Source of the DNA: Bermanella sp. WJH001
GTDB lineage: Bacteria > Pseudomonadota > Gammaproteobacteria > Pseudomonadales > Oceanobacteraceae
Length of the DNA: 32,000 nucleotides
NCBI RefSeq assembly: GCF_030070105.2
Contig: NZ_CP194951.1
Coordinates: 965,511-997,510, forward strand
Direction of reading: 5' to 3'
The notes beneath the pieces were generated by a model. That model worked only from the letters and a program-made list of their open reading frames with translations. It did no database searches and had not been told where the DNA came from. This document shows, piece after piece, positions 26,773-32,000 of the stretch. The position numbers and the translations under genes were made by a program. Numbering within the stretch: the first letter of the stretch is position 1; each line of letters begins with the position of its first letter.

Positions 26773-28410
26773 ATGCCCATCGAAATTGCTATTTACGCTG
26801 CCATCATCGCGACATTTTCCACTGGTGTATTTATTATGCACCGCCAGTTTGCCCAACAACGCCAAGCCTTTTTGCAAGAAAAACAGGCACTGGAGCAAGT
26901 TAACCAAGGGCTGGTTCACAACCAAGAGCAATACCGCAATCAGTTACAACAGGTTCAAACCCAGCTTGCCTTAAGTGAAAATCAAGCAGACAACAGCAAG
27001 CAGCAGCTTCAGCAAGTGCAACAAAGCTTGCAGCAAGCTCAAACTCAATTAGAACTAAACCGTAGCCAATTAAGCCAAGCCGAAGGCCAGCTTAAGCATC
27101 AACAAGCCACATTAGAACAACGTGAACTGGATGTGCAAAAGCTTGCGCAAAAAGAAGCTTTAATAGAGACGCTCAATACCCAATTGAGTGACCTAAAAAC
27201 CCAGCTCAACCAAGAACAAGTGGAGCGTCAAAAAGATCAGCAAAATCTTGAAGAGAAGCTTGAATTGCTGCAAGCCAATAAAGCCCAATTGAGTCAAGAA
27301 TTTGAAAACCTATCTAATAAAATATTTGAAGAGAAAAACAAACAATTCAAACAAACCTCACAAGAAGGTTTGAGTAGTTTATTAAACCCATTTAAAGACC
27401 AACTTGAAGGCTTACGTAAAAAAGTAGATGACGTTTACGTAGAAGAAAGTAAAGACCGTGCTGCTCTTAAAGCTCAAATTGGCGAGTTACATAATTTAAA
27501 TAAGCAAATCACAGAAGAAGCGGCCTCATTGGCGCGGGCGTTACGTGGTGAAAAGAAAACCCAAGGTAACTGGGGCGAACTAGTTTTAGAAACCGTATTG
27601 GAAAAATCCGGTTTGCGCCAAGGTGAAGAATTTACCCGTGAAAAAAGCATTAATAATGACGAGGGTACGCGTTATCGCCCAGACGTTATTATTAACTTAC
27701 CAGAAGATAAACATATTGTGGTGGATGCTAAAGTATCTTTAAACGCCTACACAGATTACATCAATGCAGAAAACGATGCAGACCGTATACGCTTTCTAAA
27801 GCAACATGTAGATGCGGTGCGTATGCACATTAAAACGCTGGCCGATAAGTCTTACGCTAAATTACCAGGTGTAAATAGTCCGGATTTTGTTTTCATGTTT
27901 ATGCCAATTGAACCGGCTTTTATGATTGCATTTGAGCATGATGATAAATTATTTAATGACGCGTTTGAGCAACGTATTGTGGTGGTAACGCCAACCACCT
28001 TATTGGCCAGTTTGCGTACGGTTTCCAGCTTATGGAGTATTGAGCGTCAAAATAAGAGCGCCAAACAGTTAGCGGATCAAGCTGCAAAAGTGCATGACAA
28101 GTTAGTCGGTTTTGTCGAAAGTATGGAGAAAGTCGGTGCCCAGTTACATACCGTACAAGGAACCTACGATAAAGCGTGGAGCCAACTTAAAGAAGGCCGT
28201 GGTAACTTAATAAGCCAAGCCCATAAATTCAAAGACCTAGGTGTGCGCACGAAAAAAGAATTATCGTCACAGGTGACCGAGTCCGCTGAACTTGAGTTTG
28301 AAGATGACGAAGCAAAAAGCCTTGTCATAGAAAAACCGAAGGCCAAAAAAGATAAACACGCCGACAGTGCGGTTATCCCACAAACGGCATTTGAATTAAG
28401 CGATGATTAA
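26773..28410 (+). CDS. rmuC: DNA recombination protein RmuC
   Basis: N-terminal TM, a long Q-rich coiled coil, then the RmuC nuclease-like core: GNWGELVLETVLEKSGL, RPDVIINLPEDKHIVVDAKVSL, FVFMFMPIEPAF and VVTPTTLLASLRTV. Confidence 0.92.
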   Translation: MPIEIAIYAAIIATFSTGVFIMHRQFAQQRQAFLQEKQALEQVNQGLVHNQEQYRNQLQQVQTQLALSENQADNSKQQLQQVQQSLQQAQTQLELNRSQLSQAEGQLKHQQATLEQRELDVQKLAQKEALIETLNTQLSDLKTQLNQEQVERQKDQQNLEEKLELLQANKAQLSQEFENLSNKIFEEKNKQFKQTSQEGLSSLLNPFKDQLEGLRKKVDDVYVEESKDRAALKAQIGELHNLNKQITEEAASLARALRGEKKTQGNWGELVLETVLEKSGLRQGEEFTREKSINNDEGTRYRPDVIINLPEDKHIVVDAKVSLNAYTDYINAENDADRIRFLKQHVDAVRMHIKTLADKSYAKLPGVNSPDFVFMFMPIEPAFMIAFEHDDKLFNDAFEQRIVVVTPTTLLASLRTVSSLWSIERQNKSAKQLADQAAKVHDKLVGFVESMEKVGAQLHTVQGTYDKAWSQLKEGRGNLISQAHKFKDLGVRTKKELSSQVTESAELEFEDDEAKSLVIEKPKAKKDKHADSAVIPQTAFELSDD

Positions 28411-28450
28411 ATCAAGATAGTTTGAATCTTCTATATTAAAAGGATGTTGT

Positions 28451-29299
28451 ATGGCGAGTCACTTAACCGAAAAAGAAAGTAATTCTGTCATTGATCAAAA
28501 GCGTTTTGCATTTTTAGAGTTGCTTTTAATTTGGGAAGGGCGCATTCAGCCAAAACACCTTGCACAACAATTTGAGCTAGGCGAAAAGCTCGCCAAGCAT
28601 GTTATTCAAAAGTATAAAAACCTTTACCCTGAAAATATTCAATATCACGGTGCCAGTGATAGTTATCAGGCCGGTTTAAATATGCTGGCACAATTTACAA
28701 ATGGCACGTTGCAAGAATACATGCAGTATATGGCCAATACTGAAACCGTATCCAGTTTAGAGTTGCCTAATCGGAATTTACAACCTGCATTAGTGCGTCC
28801 TATCTTACAAGCCATCCGCGAAAAATTGAGATTAAAGATTGGATATGCATCGGTCTCAAACCCTAATTTCGTAGAGCGTGTTATCCAACCCCACCATTTG
28901 GTATTTGACGGTATGCGTTGGCATGTTCGTGGTTATTGTGAAAACAATCAGGGCTACCGTGATTTTGTATTGAGTCGCTTTCAGCCTGACACACCTGCAC
29001 AATTGTTGGATGGTGCAGACCAGTTTGATATTCAAGATGAGGTTTGGCACAACCTGTTAAACGTTGAGTTTATGCCGGACCCAAGGTTAGATGAGAATCG
29101 CGCTCGCATTATTGCATTAGATTACGACATGCCGCTTACCAGTCATGGATATCGTAAAACGCAACAAGTACGCCAAGCTTTGTTGATGTATTGGGTGCAG
29201 CGTATGGGCCTGAATCAATATCATAACAATCCACAAGCACAGCAGATTATTTTGACGCCCGAATGTGATCAGGCGTTGAAAGAGTATTTACCCAGCTAA
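28451..29299 (+). CDS. WYL-domain transcriptional regulator (wHTH + WYL)
   Basis: The N-terminus FAFLELLLIWEGRIQPKHLAQQFELGEKLAKHVIQ is HTH-like. IGYASVSNPNFVERVIQPHHLVFDGMRWHVRGYCENNQGYRDFVLSRF is a WYL-domain pattern. AAGGA RBS 40 nt after rmuC. Confidence 0.75.
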   Translation: MASHLTEKESNSVIDQKRFAFLELLLIWEGRIQPKHLAQQFELGEKLAKHVIQKYKNLYPENIQYHGASDSYQAGLNMLAQFTNGTLQEYMQYMANTETVSSLELPNRNLQPALVRPILQAIREKLRLKIGYASVSNPNFVERVIQPHHLVFDGMRWHVRGYCENNQGYRDFVLSRFQPDTPAQLLDGADQFDIQDEVWHNLLNVEFMPDPRLDENRARIIALDYDMPLTSHGYRKTQQVRQALLMYWVQRMGLNQYHNNPQAQQIILTPECDQALKEYLPS

Positions 29300-29580
29300 T
29301 TACAAGAGTTGTTCTTGTCTAGCTGAATGACTTTGAAATGAGGGTTATCCGTTATAGCGCGCATCTTATGAATGGTCATTAGCTCTATGTTAATAATCTG
29401 GTTGTTTATTAATGCCAAATCCAAAACCTCTTTTCTAACATCGCCATCTTTTACCACTTTTACATTATGTGCCTTGCCAATCACCACATCACCATTGTTA
29501 AGCGTTAACTCAACTTCATAGCGGTGCATACAAGCGATTTCAAAATAATCATATTGTGCGCAAGAGATGATATGTGTCAT
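29296..29580 (-). CDS. rof: Rof-like (Rho-binding antiterminator family) small protein
   Basis: ISCAQYDYFEIACMHRYEVELTLNNGDVVIGKA resembles the E. coli Rof C-x2-YD-x2-E-x-AC motif plus beta-rich fold. Size is 94 aa. Confidence 0.6.
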   Translation of the reverse strand: MTHIISCAQYDYFEIACMHRYEVELTLNNGDVVIGKAHNVKVVKDGDVRKEVLDLALINNQIINIELMTIHKMRAITDNPHFKVIQLDKNNSCN

Positions 29581-29607
29581 AAGGCTCTCATTCTTTTCAT
29601 CAAAGTG

Positions 29608-30705
29608 TTACTTGCTTTGTTGTAAAGCAATGCCTTTAATTTGAGCGTAAAGGGTTTGCCACATTTCAATATTTAAGCGTTCAAATGAATACTGGGAAAT
29701 TTCACTTAATAAATACTGATCGGCAATTTTTAATTGTATGAGATATTGGCCATTTGGGGTTTCCTCAATGCGCGACACCTTGCCTTGTAGAATATTCATA
29801 ATACTACTGTCTTGTGCAGCGCTTAAAGCAAGGCTGACATCGCTGGCTGCAATGCATAATCGCAATGGTTTATCTGTTGGCATGTAATCAGTGATGGGTA
29901 AACGCATAACCTGCTCACCAATATGACAATGCATTAACCCATTTTCATTGGTTTGCAGCGAATCACTGATTAAGATGCTGCTTTTACCTAGACCATAAAA
30001 AGGGTGAAGGTCATCTTGTAATACATCAATTAACGCACGAGGTTGATTAACCACAGTGGTGCTGTGTTGTTTTTCGAGCATGATGATATGGTCAGCCAAG
30101 CTCAATACTTCATTAATATCATGAGTGACGTATAAAACCGGTAATTGCCATTCGTGATTTAAGCGTTTGATATAACGCATAATATCGTGTTTCCCCTGCC
30201 AATCTAATGAGGCAAGCGGCTCGTCTAAAATCAATAAAGTGGGTTTGCTTAATATCGCCCGAGCCAGTGCAACTCTTTGAGCTTGACCGCCACTGAGCTC
30301 GTGCACGTGATGAGCAAGTAAATCACCTAGCTCTAAAGCAGTAATGCAATGTTGCCAATCTGTTCGCTCAGCCGGTGAGCGATCAAACGCAAACCGTAAA
30401 TTTTGCTCAACATTTAAGTGATTAAATAATTGGTGATCTTGAAAAACCATGGCCACGTGACGCTGTGAACAAGGGGTGCTAAATTTATTTTTACTATTAA
30501 GCCAGTGCTCAATGTGTTGGCCATCTTGCCATGTGATGGTGCCTTGAGGGTTTTCTAAACCGCAAATGCTGCGTAATAAGTGTGTTTTACCAATGCCGCT
30601 TTTACCAAAGATGACATGGGTGCTCGGTTGTTGCCAATTAATACTTAAATTGGCCGTTAACACGAACTCACCTTTTTGCAGTTTAATGTTTAAATCTAAA
30701 TTCAT
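29608..30705 (-). CDS. modC: Molybdate ABC transporter ATP-binding protein
   Basis: Walker A GKSGIGKT, signature LSGGQAQRVALARA, Walker B LLILDEPLASLD, and a C-terminal TOBE/Mop-like domain. Start overlaps the modB stop. Confidence 0.9.
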   Translation of the reverse strand: MNLDLNIKLQKGEFVLTANLSINWQQPSTHVIFGKSGIGKTHLLRSICGLENPQGTITWQDGQHIEHWLNSKNKFSTPCSQRHVAMVFQDHQLFNHLNVEQNLRFAFDRSPAERTDWQHCITALELGDLLAHHVHELSGGQAQRVALARAILSKPTLLILDEPLASLDWQGKHDIMRYIKRLNHEWQLPVLYVTHDINEVLSLADHIIMLEKQHSTTVVNQPRALIDVLQDDLHPFYGLGKSSILISDSLQTNENGLMHCHIGEQVMRLPITDYMPTDKPLRLCIAASDVSLALSAAQDSSIMNILQGKVSRIEETPNGQYLIQLKIADQYLLSEISQYSFERLNIEMWQTLYAQIKGIALQQSK

Positions 30706-31367
30706 AGCATGCCAGCCTTATTTGCATTTTTACGACTAGCATAAATGACAGTAAGCATAACAAATGAAATACTTAATAGGATCGCCGACATAATGTGAGC
30801 GTCGTTATATTGCAGTGCTTCAACGTGTTCGAAAATTTTAATTGAGATCACTTGGGTTTCACCAGGAATATTACCGCCAATCATAAGTACCACCCCAAAT
30901 TCACCAAGGGTATGGGCAAAACCTAATGTGGCTGCGCTGATATATGCGGACTTGGCCAGTGGAAAAATAATGGTACGCCAAGCATCTTTAAATGAAGCGT
31001 TTAAGGTGTAGGCCACTTCTAATGGTTTTTTTCCAATCAAGCTAAAGCCGTTCTGTAATGGTTGAACCACAAATGGCAAGCTGTAAATGATTGAGCCAAT
31101 CAATAGTCCTGTAAAACTAAACGCGAGTGTTCTCTCATCCCATAATTGTGCAATCCAACCACCAGGACCTTGAGGTCCTAATGCAATTAATAGATAAAAC
31201 CCCAAAACGGTAGGAGGTAAAACTAATGGAAGTGCAATTAATGCTTCAACTAAGAATTTACCTTTAAATTGACTGTGTGCTAAAAACCAAGCAATGGGAG
31301 TTGCGATAACGATTAAAATAGCGGTGCTAAAAAAAGCCAGTTTCAGTGTAAGCAGTAAAGCATCCAT
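30702..31367 (-). CDS. modB: Molybdate ABC transporter permease
   Basis: Five or six TM helices. PLVLPPTVLGFYLL and ARTLGEFG-type motif (AHTLGEFGVVLMIGGNIPGET) are typical of ModB/CysTW permeases. Confidence 0.9.
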   Translation of the reverse strand: MDALLLTLKLAFFSTAILIVIATPIAWFLAHSQFKGKFLVEALIALPLVLPPTVLGFYLLIALGPQGPGGWIAQLWDERTLAFSFTGLLIGSIIYSLPFVVQPLQNGFSLIGKKPLEVAYTLNASFKDAWRTIIFPLAKSAYISAATLGFAHTLGEFGVVLMIGGNIPGETQVISIKIFEHVEALQYNDAHIMSAILLSISFVMLTVIYASRKNANKAGML

Positions 31368-31378
31368 ACAATGTCCAA

Positions 31379-32000
31379 TTAATTGGGTAAATAGTAGCCG
31401 TGATTTTCAATGATGCTACGAGCAGCTTGGCTATTCAAAAAATTCATAAAATCAAAGCTGGCAGGTTTATTATTCAAGCGTAAAGCCATTTGATTGATAT
31501 CGTTATAACAACCTTCATCCACATACCGAATACGGGTGGGATCTTTTTTTAGCACTTGAGAGAGTGCCACAAATCCGCCGTCGACACTTTGGCTGTCAAT
31601 GAATTGAAGTGCTTGTGCAACATTTTGACCAATAACCAATTTTGTTTGCCATTTCTGCTGGTTTAAACAGGTTAATGTTTGCATGGCGGCTAACCCGTAT
31701 GGGGCCAATATTGAATTCGCAATGCTTAGGCGTTTGTAGCGTTCATCGTTTAAAATATCATTGATTGTTTGTGTTTGGTTTACATCAATATTGCTATAAA
31801 ACACTAACCTTCCCTTAGCATAAACACTTAAAGCAGCTAAATCTAAATTGCGTGATTCGTGAATGTGTTGCCAAAGTAACTGTGGGTGTGCGGTATTCGC
31901 GGCCAGTAAAATATCAAACGGTGCGTGTTGGGATATTTGTTGTACAAGTTGACCCGTGCTAGCACTTATAATCGTTATGGTATGGGGTGAACTTTTCTCA
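31379..32000 (-). CDS. modA: Molybdate-binding periplasmic protein ModA (5' end lies beyond the window)
   Basis: The C-terminal part is in the ORF track. Translating the minus strand on to the window edge gives ...ITIISASTGQLVQQISQHAPFDILLAANTAHPQLL..., the ModA SxSxxLxxQIxxGAPxDxxxSA pattern. The frame is continuous only if the A-run at 31798-31801 has 4 As, as the ORF track implies; the printed text shows 3. Confidence 0.8.
   Translation of the reverse strand, partial: EKSSPHTITIISASTGQLVQQISQHAPFDILLAANTAHPQLLWQHIHESRNLDLAALSVYAKGRLVFYSNIDVNQTQTINDILNDERYKRLSIANSILAPYGLAAMQTLTCLNQQKWQTKLVIGQNVAQALQFIDSQSVDGGFVALSQVLKKDPTRIRYVDEGCYNDINQMALRLNNKPASFDFMNFLNSQAARSIIENHGYYLPN

Noticed and set aside
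31796-31816. Apparent frameshift or pseudogenisation of modA at an A-run.
   Set aside because: In the printed text (ATAAACAC) the two halves of modA are in different frames, and the track start codon at 31802-31804 does not translate as given. The printed window is also only 31,999 nt. One additional A (ATAAAACAC) reproduces the track's protein (GTG-TTT-TAT, MFY...) and joins both halves in frame. I treat it as a one-base discrepancy between text and track, not biology, though a genuine homopolymer frameshift cannot be excluded from here.

Overview
The window looks like chromosomal DNA from a marine gammaproteobacterium (Alteromonadales-like). The taxonomic guess rests only on gene content and order. 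Most of the window is a conserved housekeeping backbone: yceF/maf, sodB, class I fumarase, phhB, pyrG-eno, ftsB-ispD-ispF-truD-surE-pcm, a DUF368 gene, nlpD-rpoS, rmuC, and modABC on the minus strand running off the right edge. Three parts are not ordinary. (1) 10.3-15.5 kb holds a tightly coupled five-gene operon with no other flagellar genes in the window. It encodes an outer-membrane beta-barrel, a TPR lipoprotein, and a 646-aa bitopic protein with a FliF/YscJ-like ring-building periplasmic half fused through a TM helix to a FliG-like cytoplasmic half. A MotA/PomA-like and a MotB-like (OmpA-domain) stator pair follow. I read it as a self-contained, possibly non-flagellar rotor-stator module and consider it the best candidate for an undescribed system. 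A sigma-28-like promoter drives a small secreted protein divergently from it. (2) The left 2.9 kb is almost non-coding. It holds five copies (four direct, one inverted) of a ~230-nt repeat whose hairpins are kept by compensatory and G-U-type changes. The repeats bracket an AT-rich orphan gene preceded by a perfect 30-bp palindrome, and the region ends in a (GTCTAAC)x12 heptamer microsatellite abutting the maf stop codon. (3) Smaller oddities are tandem secreted paralogs ending in STPRP, an rmuC-WYL pair, and a Rof-like gene behind modC. All functional calls come from motif recognition by eye; no searches were run. The printed sequence has 31,999 nt, and the ORF track implies one extra A near 31800.
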